DNA from: Yuukianura sp. NJ FZ-2021
Taxonomy: Eukaryota
Direction: 5' to 3'
Length of the DNA: 64,000 bases
Assembly: GCA_046563655.1 (NCBI GenBank)
Contig: CM102287.1
Span: 4,650,001-4,714,000, forward strand
The translations under genes were made by a program, and so were the position numbers. Positions 13,560 to 25,600 of this stretch are shown piece by piece (position 1 is the first letter of the stretch; every line of letters starts with the position of its first letter). A model generated the notes under the pieces. The model had not been told where the DNA came from and made no database searches. It was given only the letters and a program-made list of their open reading frames with translations.

Positions 13560-14436
13560 CAGTATGTCACGTCGCACCAGCAGTATAGGCAGACATCTTT
13601 AGCAAGTAAGACGTAATTCCTAAGTACCAATGGCTAATTGGATTGTTAATTTGTGTGATTACAGAAGCTGGTCAACTGAAGACGACGAGTAGGTGTGAAC
13701 TGTGTGTGTGATGAGCCAAGTGTTGCTGTTGACACATCGTAATCTCTCGTAAGTGGCTTGGATGACTCAATTCATCTTTGAAAACACTCTTCGTTAGATG
13801 AACTTCACGTGAGAGATGCAGGTCAACAAAAAATCCCAATACACACTATGGAATCGTACCGTCCGGAGGCGGATTGATGGCTCCATGTAAGAGTAAGATC
13901 TCGAGGAATCACGAAGGCTGTGTAAACAGCAATTAATGCCAAATCAATTAAGACAATGACAATCTAAGAAACTTTTATAAATACTTATCGATGATGATCT
14001 TGTTATATTCTGACGTAAGATTTCTCTTGTCATTGATTTTCAGATTACGGGAGGAGTTTACATAATAATACGGAATGAATGACAGTCTTGTCATGGTCTC
14101 CGAATCCTTGATAAACCCAGCAGCCGAACGGCGTGGCTCGGCAGACATCTTTGGTAACACCGACTGGTATTTCACAACAAAAGAATCCACATCAGACAAC
14201 AATGGAATTTGAGAAGTAATTGTTATCCTTAGTTTTTGCATCTTCTAGGGTATCGTTGCTTACATTGTGTACTACGAAGAAGATGATGTGCCCTGCTATG
14301 CATCTGTTGTGGTGACTGAACCACATCCCACTCATCCCCCACTTCACTTCTACTCGGCTCCTAGTCTCACTTCATGCGCAATCAGTCCTCTTCCTACAAA
14401 TGGAGAATAACCACCGACACACAGCAGCTAATTCAG
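13560..14436 (+). ncRNA. Putative spliced non-coding transcript divergent from Rab39
   Basis: Chain of exon-like blocks (~13560-13605, 13665-13748, 13798-13886, 14044-14166, 14249-14436) separated by short AT-rich GT..AG introns of 59, 49, 157 and 82 bp. All three spliced frames contain several stops. Confidence 0.35.
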
Positions 14437-15528
14437 GTAATCAACATTTAAATTAACATTCGAGAGGAGGGGGCCAAGGGGTTAGGTGTCAAGGGCCAGT
14501 CAAAGGTCAAGTAACTCCTTTCGTTATGGAGTTAACACAAATGGAACATGGATATCCATCTTGTCGAGATGACAGGAGTGGGTGCGGTCTCTGAAACTGC
14601 GTTTTCGTTTCGTTCTCATAGTTTCATTTGACAATTACGTAATTTCATGTAATTGACCAATGCTGCTACCCGGATAGGATCCAGAATGTCGGTTTTTACA
14701 TGTGTAACGTCATTAATCGCCCTTGCTTGTCTGGATTACTAATCAGCTGTTCAATGTCATTCCTTACTTGGCCTAATCCGTCTAATGTTAAATGTATTAC
14801 ACTAAGGAAGTTACAAATGGCATTGACTTAATCCATCTCTGAGGTCATGGTGAGGCGTCAACATGTCCAGAAATTGACCTTTGACGGCGTTGACATCTTA
14901 TCTAACTCATTAGATCCCTGTACTTGTACATGCTCGTTGTAAGTTTTGTGTTGAAGGTTGATCATTACGTAATCGTTGAGGTTCGATGTAAAGATTTGTG
15001 CCGCAGGGCCTAACTTTTCCGGATGAGTAAAAGTTGCAAGGGCAACAACTCCTGGGCCTTGTGACTATGAGAAATTGGGCATTTTAAGAAAATTGATGTA
15101 ATATTGATCGGCGCATGGACATGGATGAATGGGAACTGAAATTCCTGTTATTCTAGTATTCGTCCTCTCACCAGCAGCAGCACTACTACCAGAACCACCG
15201 TCGCAGTTTGCTTTTCACCTTTTGTAAATACGGTATTTTTGCAAAACGAAACGGTGTGGTGGTGGCGGTGTGGCTGCTGTGTAGAGATTGCTTTTCAAGA
15301 TTAAACCATAATTCGTTACCGGTAAGAAGACGTAGGAGGAAGTGCATAAGACTAACGTTATAAAGCAGCAGGAATGGATTCAGCCAGTACATTTAGGGTG
15401 GATGTTTTGGTCACGGGGTGTGGGCATTGAAGACGTTAAGCTAGAGGTTCTTGGTCGAGTCGATTTGGAGGAGTCTATTGGCAGTGTAGGTCACTCAGGT
15501 CATTGCATCATTCCCCCCTTGAGGAGTT

Positions 15529-15652
15529 GGGCTAACTTACTACTTAAATTAAGCCGGTTAGATTAGCTGCTAACCCAAAGTTAGCCGGTAATGTTCACGT
15601 TAGCCGCTAATCCAAAGTTAGCCGGCTAACTTTGGGGTTAGCTGTAGCACTA
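15529..15652. repeat. Cluster of palindromic TTAGCCGGCTAA/GCTAA motifs, probable DNA-transposon end relic
   Basis: Repeated ccaaagttagccgg, ttagccggctaa and ttagctg words ending in GTAGCACTA. No matching opposite end was found. Confidence 0.4.
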
Positions 15653-15738
15653 CGGTTTATGTTCGGCGGTATTTCTTCTGGCAGTGTCCACTAATTAAAA
15701 TGTTTTGGTCAAAGTGATTAGAGAAGGCACTTAAGTTC

Positions 15739-16413
15739 TTAATTTTGGTGTAAAGTAGGTAAATTATAATTAGGTTCTTCGAGTTGATGTGTTTGTGATG
15801 GTGGAGATAGAAGGAAATGGAGTTCCGCTAAGGAGTGCCAAGTCTCAAGTACATCTGATGATGAGGATTCCGTTTTTTAGAGTGCGATACTGTTGGATAT
15901 GAGCGTGTTAAGAGTGTTCAGTGCTTGCTGATTTATGGGAGTACAAGACATATCCAAAGTAACAGTACACCTTGGTTTGTTCAGGGAAAGAGAGCAACTA
16001 AGCAGTCATCGTGCCACTGCATTCGGAATCGTTAAAACATTTTTGAACTTAGATGCAAGATCTGGTTGGGAATAAGTTTTATCTATTTTAGGCATCAACG
16101 CATCATCCCACAACCCCTTCCTGCACTTTTCCTTGGGAAGGAACTTTACTTTGTGTGCTAACCAGCATCTCTGATCTTGAGAAATCTTCAATTTAGGACT
16201 ATTTACAAGTTCAAAACAGTTGCAGTCTTGCAGTTCGTTTGGCTCAAAAGTCAAGTCAAATATTTCCTTGTGAGGCTTGGAAACAGTCATTGTCTTTTCT
16301 ATTTTTGGGCGCAACCCGGTTGCAACTTGCCAGTTTCTTTCCCTTCCGCCCTCAATTACTAATCAGGTTTTGTACTTCTCGGTTTTTAGTCACACACAAA
16401 GTTTCCTAAACAT
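15739..16413 (-). pseudogene. Stop-interrupted intronless orphan reading frame (225 codons)
   Basis: A single frame runs from ATG 16413 to TAA 15741-15739 with four internal stops (TGA 16392, TGA 16365, TGA 16008, TAA 15879). It includes the track ORF 16006..16314. No family was recognised. Confidence 0.3.
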
Positions 16414-16635
16414 TTCACGCTTCTTGACAGTGACAAAGTGAGAGCAGAAGACGGACGAACATTAGCTAAAAAGTACACGTTTGCAGTTGAAATTGTTTTT
16501 TCTCAGCTACAACACGCCAAGATTTTTAACTTTTCAAAGGATCCAGAGAAAGCAGTGAAAATTCTAACTGAAATTTCAGAGAATCTTGAAAAATCTAAAA
16601 TATTTCTGAGGATTTCAAAATTTCGGAATTTTAAA

Positions 16636-19600
16636 ATGCCTGGCCTCTGTCCACCGATGCAACTTTCGATTGAAATTGACTCGCCGGAATCGGAAATGGA
16701 TTTGGAACTATTCGAAGAAGGTTAGGTTTTGGCTTAAATCTAGTTGCAATTGAAGTTAAATTTAAACTTAAAGTAAAATTTTAGCGTAAGTTTTAACTTT
16801 TAGTTAGCATAATGCTTGAGTTTTTGGTATTTATGCAACAGAGGGAGTCTGAGTCAGGAGCGTTTATGATTGTTGCCTTGATCTGTCTGGGTTTGGTACA
16901 TTAGATGAGATGTTGAAATGCTGATGTTGGACGTTTAGTGATCCATAACGTAAACAATTTGCTAAAAAGTTATGAGAAGTGTCAATTTTGACACCTCGAA
17001 ATTATGAGGGATTGTCTCTGTGTCCCTGGATGTGACAAGTGAGATCTCCGAAAACAAATGATCCTGAAACGAAAAATGGGAACGGATGTTCTGTTGAATT
17101 TCCTTGTAAAAACAGTTTTTTACATTTCGACTTTTGTATTCTAGACATGCAATTTTAGTTGAATTGCGTCATTTTTTGGTATAATCCAATTGGAGTTATG
17201 AATATGAACTGGTTTTTGATGAGGCTAACGGTTCTTCTGATGAAGTTTGCTCACGCTCAGAAGCTCAGCGGCTGTTGAGCCATTTCCTTTTCTAACTGAT
17301 TTCTCTTAATTAGTTTTGAATTTGAGGTGAGAGGTACTGCTCAGCGTGAGAAGTACTGCGGAAAGTGAGAAATACTGCTGAGGGAAGAGAGATACTTCTG
17401 AATGTGCTTGTTTTGGGTGCATCTTCATTTCAAACAAGTCATGATTGGCCGATTTCTCTTCGAAATGTATCGATTTCTCAGCCCAGAAGTTCACTGAAGA
17501 AGAAATAAGAAAGTTAACACAATTGACGTCAAAGATTTAGTGAAGAATAGGTTAATGACAAGTCTCATTTGGATTTGAATTAGTACTTTTATCACCTTGG
17601 TGTCCAGTTCTGGAAGTTGAGCAGCTAAATTTGAGCTTAGCGTGATCCACTGTCTTGCTTGAGTAATTTTCCAGTGATTCCTGACACGTCCGACGATTCT
17701 GTTTCGGCTGAAACCAGTCTTAAGTGAGTAGTTGTTCCCCCAAGGAGTAGGTGGGTGGTGTGCAGAAATTGGCGAAGATTGGAGAAGGTGGTACTACGTG
17801 TGTCCTTTGTTCCAAGTGCCTTTTAACGCCTCATTCACCACGGTGGAGACCAAAGGAAGCTACTTTTACTACGCTTATTGTTGTTGATCCAAATGTAGTA
17901 AGTGGGAAGACACGGAGAGACAGTGGCAGGAACAGACGAGGAGGTTCTGTCACCTTGGTGTGTGACACTTCCAAAGTGGGCTGACCTCGTTGCCAGCAGT
18001 ACGCAGAGAGCAGTTGATCTGATCAACTTGATCAGTTGTAAACAGTGCAATCGGTTTGATCTTGGTTAGTTAGTGTTTGTTGATCAACATGGATCAGATC
18101 CTCCTCCTTCCGTCGTTACTGCTCGACAGAAGTGCGGACAAGAGACTCCTCAGACATGATCTCATATCCCTACGGTGGCCCAGTACCAGGTCACTTCTGT
18201 GTCTCAACTCATACAGTCACCAACTTGGACCTCGACCACCACCGAACGTTACTCTGACGAAGAACGGAACGTTTTTTGTCTGTAAGTTTCAGTTTTCAAA
18301 AGAGCATTTTTGAAAACACGCTTGCTCGACTTTAAACTTTTGAAGGTGTCACGGTATGGATCGGTCGCAGAGCGCGGCACAAAAGCTTCACGCGCTGCTG
18401 ACGCGGACTCTTTTGTCGCAATCTTTTTGAACAAAAACTGATCTAGTTTTTCAGCTTTTTAGCTTGTTAAAGAGGTCACGCTTGTACGTCTGGGTCACTG
18501 GCGAATTGAGAATATTTAGAATTTTCATGGTTTTCGTACCGGGAAGTTACAAATTTTCAAATTTTGATAGAAAGGGGTGAAAAGTGTTAAGTTTTGGGGA
18601 AAGTTCTTTGCTGTGAACGTTTTGTGGATTTGGGTTTTTGCAGGGCTTAAGTTTTTGAATTGAGGTCGGTTTTTGTGAAAAACGGAAATTTTGAAAATCG
18701 ATATTTGTCGCAGTTTTTCCGTGTTTTGGGAAGGAAAGAGCAAGTTTTAAATTTTTCATGCATGATTAGATGTTTTAGGCGTGAATTAATTCCATTAACA
18801 GCTAGGATGTAGCGTGCTAATTACTTTTTACTAGCGTAGGCTTTATATGGATTAGTTTCTACTTTTGTGGGAATTGTTAGCTCACAGTTTAGTTTCGTTT
18901 TGACATGGTTAGAGATGACATCATCGAGAAATTTTGAAAAAATTGCACAAAATTGCGGATACGTTTTGGCAAGCGGAATTTGCAGTTAGTTAAGATAATG
19001 GGAAGATTGTAACTCGAGAGTTAATTGTTTAAATGTGGAGTGAGAGAAGTATTGTAAGCTAGTTGGAATTAATTGCAGAGTTGAAACTATTATTCCCGTT
19101 GACCAATGAGCGTTGAGCAGTAAAAATGTTAAAACGAATTGAAATGGATGGGAGATGACCTATTCATTCCTGCTTTCTAATTCAAATTCACACAGACACA
19201 GACACTACCATATGCTTGATGCTTCCTCAATTCGTTTAACGATTGATTTAATAATCAATTGATATGCTTGGCCAATGCCCTTATCCAACAAACCTTCAAT
19301 TATCCTTAAATTTTGAAAAATGGCTCTTGGCTATTAAACAGTTTCAGAAAAAACTTGTTCAAATTGAAATCGGAAATAAGGAGGCGGAAAAAATGGATGA
19401 GTGAGTTTTTGATTGATCCCAATTTTGAAAATTTTGAAATTTGTTGTACTTTGAGGAGGCGTTTTTACTTTTTCTTTTCGAAAGTTTATTTCATATTTTT
19501 AAATCTAGGTTTGATAAGTGTGAAGGATTTTTGACTGTTTCTAAAGGAAATTGAGTAAAGTGGAAAAAAAGTGACGGAAAATTTAAATTTGGAAACGTTT

Positions 19601-22600
19601 TTTATGCTTTTGTGCTTGAAAGAAATTGAATTTGGATGTGGTCATTTGGAATTGCAAAATTTGCGCGAAATTCTTTGTTGCTAACTTAAAAACTCTGAAG
19701 TGTCGTGCTGTGGTGACAAAGTGTTTGGAAATACTTTTTTGATCATTTTGTATTCGTAAGTGGTCGGTTATGTCACGTTAGTCTTTTTTAAATCTTGAGT
19801 GGTGTGGACATTTTCTTTATTTCTTTGGATTTTGCAACTTGCCAATTGATTTTCTGCACGACTGAACTTTTTGCTGAATCAAAATACTTGAATCTGCGAT
19901 TTTAGTGACTAACGTGTCAGGGATGCTGAAATTGGCGATTTTTGGAATTTGCAAACCCGTCACATTTTTAAGTTTGAATTGAACAATTCGAATTTCAAGT
20001 AAAATTCATCTTTTTGTCTTGGAATTTCCAGAAAGTAAGTAAAATTTGTAAATTTTAACTTGAAATTACACTTTTTACGCTGGAAAGTTTAATTAGCTTG
20101 AAGGCTGAAATGACGTGAGTCAAGTAAATTTCTGAGAAGAAGTTGTTTTTTGTTGCTAAAAATTAAATCATCCAGTGCCAAAAATGGAAAGATCGTATTC
20201 AAAAAAAAAAAGTCGTTGAAGTACATAGTGTTTTGCACGTTGTACCTCCCAGGTTGACTGTAAGATTTCCGTCTTTTGTTTAGTGATGAGCGTGCTGAAA
20301 TTGTTGTCTTTTTTATTGAAAAAGTTTTTTGAGTGTGCTTTAAAGTGTCATTTTTTGTTGCAGCAATTAAGAATGGAGCTTAGGGCTTAAGTGGGACTTG
20401 AGTAAGATGATCTCATCGTTATCTGTGCTATGACTCTCAACATTCGTGTAATTGTAGGCGGTGGGTTGCAAAGAATTTGGAATTATTGGCAGGCGGGGAT
20501 GATTGATGATTGGATTGTTGCCAATAATGTTTCAGTCCACTGCTCATGCTTGGCGACACAGCCTTCACGCTCCAGAAGAGACTTGGGAGGTCAGAGTCAT
20601 TCAATGGTGATAAGTGGATTGTTAATTGGCTGAGGTCAAGGTGTTGATGAGCTTGTTTGGTGTGCAGCATGACAGCTGATGAGCGGAATAGTTCATGTTT
20701 GGAGCTGATGAGCAGGACAGTTCATCTGATACTGGCAGTATCATACTGCTGATCAGTGGATAATCATATCTTTACTGTGAATCTCATCTTCACCTGACCA
20801 GATTCCTCCCGACCAGCATACCATAACAGTTTTTATATGAAATGCTTGTGGTGGTGTGCTGCTGGTGTGCTCGTCCCCAATTGTTCCATGGAGATCCCTG
20901 TCTCATCCCCGTTAGCTTTCTGAGTGCAGGCACAGACACAACCTCTGCTTTTTTTGTAAGTTGGACTTTGATTGTGCAGTTCATGCGCTAAGTCTTTGGT
21001 TTTTTGACACAGTGGAAATGTTTGTAGTAGAAGGCAGTTTTTTCCTGGGTGGTGAACTGGTGGACAGTTCATTCTTGTGTTGTTTATAGGAGGGGTGCGT
21101 GGAGTTTCCTCATTCCTGATTTCAAAAGGAGACGAGACTAGTTATAAGTTTTATTAATTGACACCTAAAAAGGAGGGAGACAAGGTGGTTTTTTAAGTAT
21201 AAGTTAAGTTTGTAACTGGATTTGGTATGCTGAACGTTTAAAAGTGTGACACGACAACATTTAGTTAAGGGGGAGGAGATACTTTGCATTGTTGGAGAAG
21301 ATGTCCAGGAACAGACCTTCGATTGTGCACAAGATTGAGGAGTTGAGATCCATCCTGGTAGAGACTCTGCCGAAGGAGAGTTGGCCAAAAGTTGGAAATT
21401 ATAGTAAAGGTAGGCTGTGATTAGTACTAGAGGAAGCACGGTTCGAAAGTTTGCGGAGTTTGCAAAAAGTTGGGAAAAGGAGCCCTCGAGCTAGAGCAAT
21501 GATGAAAAGTGGAAGTGCTGAGGTAATTTTTAATTGTTAATTTTCGTTTTTTGTGATTTTGTAGGTGTGAGTGGGAACAATGTGAATGAAGAGGAGATTG
21601 GGAGTGGACTGAAGGGCGGAGATGACCAGTCGACGACCTTGACCCGATCAAATAGAGAGGAGAGACTCAAGATCCTCAAGGAGAGGCAGAATGAAGAGAG
21701 ACTCAAGAAACTGGAAGAACTCAAGCAAAATGTATATAACGAAAAACGAAAAATCATTTCGCGGAAAGAGGCCGAATTTTTGCTCAGCTTGTGTCCTGGA
21801 GAGATTTTTTCAAAGTTTTTCCCCGAAATTTTTTTTTTGGACAAGATTTGCGCTTAATCTCGTCGTCTTAACTGAATTTTTTTAAACATATTTTTTTTTT
21901 GGATGAGGATTTTCCGAAAATACTTTTTGAAAACCGGTCGAAGAGTTTTCCGGGGAAGATTTTTTGAAAAGAGTTCGGGAGAAGATTTTTTTTTTCAGAA
22001 AAGATGTTTTTGAAAAGACTTCTCCGGGGAAAAATTTTTGGAGAAGAGTTTTCCGGGGAAGTTTTTTTGAAAAAAAAAGTTTACCGGGGAAGATTTTTTG
22101 TAAACGGCTGGAAAACGAAGCGATGGAAGTGTGCGGGCTTTGACTTTCGATTTGTAGACAGTGACATTAAGGGCCTTAACTTTGACTGTTGCTGGAACTG
22201 TGTTTTAAACAAGTTTTCTGAAATAGTTTTGGAAACATGTTTTAAACAAGTGGGGTGTTTCGAAGAAAGTTTGTTTGAAAAGTTTGAAAAAGGGAGAGCA
22301 AGATGTAGTGTATTGTTTGAAAAGTTCTAACAGTTGGATTTTGTTTTGGTTACAGGGAATCCAGGCAGCTAAAATTCGTGAGGAACAAGATTCTCGCAGG
22401 AGGAAGCACTTTGAAGAAATTGGTAAGCTAGAGAAAGGTTAAAACTTCAAACGAGAAAGTTGAGGGTCATGGGATCGAATCTAACTTGGTTCAAAGTTTA
22501 AACAAAAAAAGTTTATCAACAAAAGTAATTTGTTTGCTGAACCAGTTGCTTCCACTTGATGCTTCATTGATTGATGGATTCGGATTCCATGTCCTTGAAC

Positions 22601-25600
22601 TTTTTTTTTTGAAAAAATGTTTGAAAATATTTAAAGTGGTGACAAAAGTGGAATACTTTTTTTGGAAAGTGCATTATGTGAGTTGCTGAAGTGTTGGAAA
22701 TTTGATGTGTTGGATTGAATGCAATTTTCGGTTGAATTGAGGTTGATGATGATGTGATAATGTTGAATGAGACTTTTGATGATGTCATTCAACTTCCATT
22801 GTGTTTTGGAGTTTCCTCTGAAACAAAAGATAGCTGACTCATCAACACCCACACTTTCTCAAAGTCTTTTTCAGCTTTCGTGACAAGTTTACATTTTCAA
22901 AAGTAGGCAAAATGGTACTTTTCTTAAAAAAAGAGAAAAAAAAGTTAAGTCTTGAATCATTTACTTTTGGTTACAATGCAAAGTGCTGGGCTATGAGATT
23001 TTTTTTTAAGTAAAAAATTTCTTTTTTGAAAATGAGGTTAATCCGTTTGCCCATGAAATGAGAACGTCAACCTCAACCAGGATTCGTTTTTTCGAAATTT
23101 TAAATAAATTACTTCGGTCACGCTTCGACTTTGGAGACGAATTGGGGGTTTTGGAACTAAAAGTTTTGAAAGGAAATTTTTCAAAATTTTAACTTTTTTT
23201 TCGGAAGGTGTGATAGGAGGATTATCTCAAGGTTTAGTTCAGCAGTTGTAGTTCAAGTTTGGTGAATGTTTTCACATGCTAGGGGATAAAAATGTGTGTA
23301 ATAACTTGTGTTGATGTAAATGTTTTTTGATGACTTTGCTGTTGACTGATTTGTTGTTTTTGTTTTTTCAGGGAAGAAGGAAGATGAGCGGCGGAAGCAA
23401 GCAGAGGAGCGGAGACGACTGCTAGAAGAGGAGCGGAAAGCAGCGCTGCAGTCGAAGTGGGAGTCGAAGAAGCTGGCGCTGGCCAAAGCTCCAGACAGAA
23501 GTCGCCCAGTGTTTGCCTTTGGGTCATGCACTCCACGTCTTGTTGACAATCTAGTGGACGGATGTCTCTGGAAGTCACAATACAACCTCCATACCAAGGA
23601 ATCACCCGTCAAGTCAACTACATCCGCTCAAGATCTCCACTCACAAATCAGTAAGATTTTACACAATTTTGAGTTATAGTTTCAAAATTTTCAAATTTTA
23701 CTCTTGTCAATCTCACTAATTTGGTCCTGTCATATTATTGTCATTCGTGGAAGCAGGAAAGGAATTCAAAAACGGAAAGACTAAGATTTTAATTTGATTC
23801 ATTTTAAAAATTTAGAGCTGAATAAGAGGGAATTTTAGTCTTTGGTTTTTGGATTTTCTGGAGGATTTGTTTGGGTTTGAAATTTTATGGAGTGACGACG
23901 GTGATTTTTGGTTTTGAGTTTCAGATTTAGGAAGGAAATGTGGAAAAAATATTTTTTTTTTGAAAATGATATTGTGAACGGAAGTGTTATAAAGTGGTGT
24001 GTGTTTCTTTTTCTGGAAAATTTCTTTAGAAATGAGTACGAGTATGTATGAGTGGAATCAGCAGAGAAGTACGTTTAACACAGACTACTCAACACCTCGG
24101 TCTGGAATTGTGTACAGAAAAAGCAGAACCATGGAACGTAATGAACTAGATTCAAAACTAAAACTAACATTTTGTAACGTTTTCCAGTTTCTTTCTTTCT
24201 TTTTGGAAAATTTTGTGTCATAATTTGTTTTCGGTAAAGTTTAGCATTTTTGGTTTGCTTTTAATTGTGGCATGAAATTGAATTTCGTTTTTGCGGTTTT
24301 CAGTTACTGGCTAATTCCTCTTGTGACACATTTTCCGCACAATGTTGACGTAGTTCCCATTTTAAGTTAACTACATAGTAGCTCATAGGGTGTTCCAATT
24401 TATTTTGTGTTTTCCTGTTTCTGCTTTGGTTTTTCTGAAAGTGTTTTTTAGTTTGAACACTGTGTTTTTTCTTTGAAAACCGAGTTTTTCTGATTTGAAT
24501 TCTGTTTTTGTGAAAGTGTTTTGAGTTTTAACATCAAGTTCTTACGTGGTCTTACATGAAAACTGAGTTTTCCCCACTTGAAAACAGCTTTTCTAATTTG
24601 AAAACTTTTTTTTTAGTTTTTTAGTTGAAAACTGAGTGTTTTTTAGTTGAAAGCTGTGTTTTTTTAAGTTGAAAACTGTGTTTACAGTGTTTTAGACTGT
24701 TTTTTGTGTGTTATTTGAGGAAAAAACTAATTTGTGTTTATTATGGATGACATTTCAGTGGATCCTGACCGTGTGTTTTGTGGGCGTCGAAAAACGGACT
24801 TGACCCCGACTCTTCCGATCCGAAGAGAAGATGGCTCAACGTCTCGATCCGCCTCTCGTACGGGGGCTACAAATTCGGCAGGTAGGGTTTACTGCTCCAT
24901 GACTCGACTGGACCACGGTTCACGGTCCCCCGTTCGGCAAGGCGGTGGGGCAAGGGCATTCGTTCCCGCCCAGAGGTCAAAGAGCACCAACACTTTGGCC
25001 TCTCCGGGAAGTAGACAAGCGAGGGCTGAAATTTTGAGACAGAATTTGTCTCCTGGCACGGCGGCAACCGTACCGTCAAGGGGTAGGGAACCAATCAGGA
25101 ACGGAAGCGCTGGCGGTGGTGAGACTCTACTCAAAAATCGCTCTTTTTCAACTCATAAACTTCCGATTTCTTGGGCCGACGCCCAAGGTACTTTATGTGA
25201 CGCACTGCTTCACTTTTTACTACTTCATCATGGGGATCTTGGTATCGTCAAGTATCAAAAAACCTTGTTCTTGTTCAATTTTTCAAAATTTTGAAAAATT
25301 CAATCCGTTCTTGTTTTTTGTGTTTTAGTATTTTGTTGGTGGCGGAAACTGTTTAGAAAGGGGAGCCTTCCAAACCTTCTGTTTACAGAAGTTCTGTCGT
25401 GCTAGAGTCAAAATTGTTTCAAAAAACTTCAATTTTATGTGAAATGTTCTAAAAACTTGGTTCGTTTTTGTAAATGAAATTTCGAAGTTTTTTGAAACAA
25501 TTTTGAGTCTATTCTGTCTCGTTTTGCGTAAAAATTTCCTCTCTACACGTGCCAGTACATAGACGCAACAAGCGTTTATATTTCTTCGTAGTACGCACAC

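Noticed and set aside
17560..18300. Possible retrotransposon gag zinc-knuckle relic on the - strand (YCWQRG near 17970-18005)
   Set aside because: Needs frameshifts to form CCHC, and no LTR, RT or integrase motif was found; too degenerate to call.
20400..21430. Compositionally distinct block in ensconsin intron 1 with short ORFs
   Set aside because: May be an old TE fragment, but no termini, TSD or protein motif could be supported.
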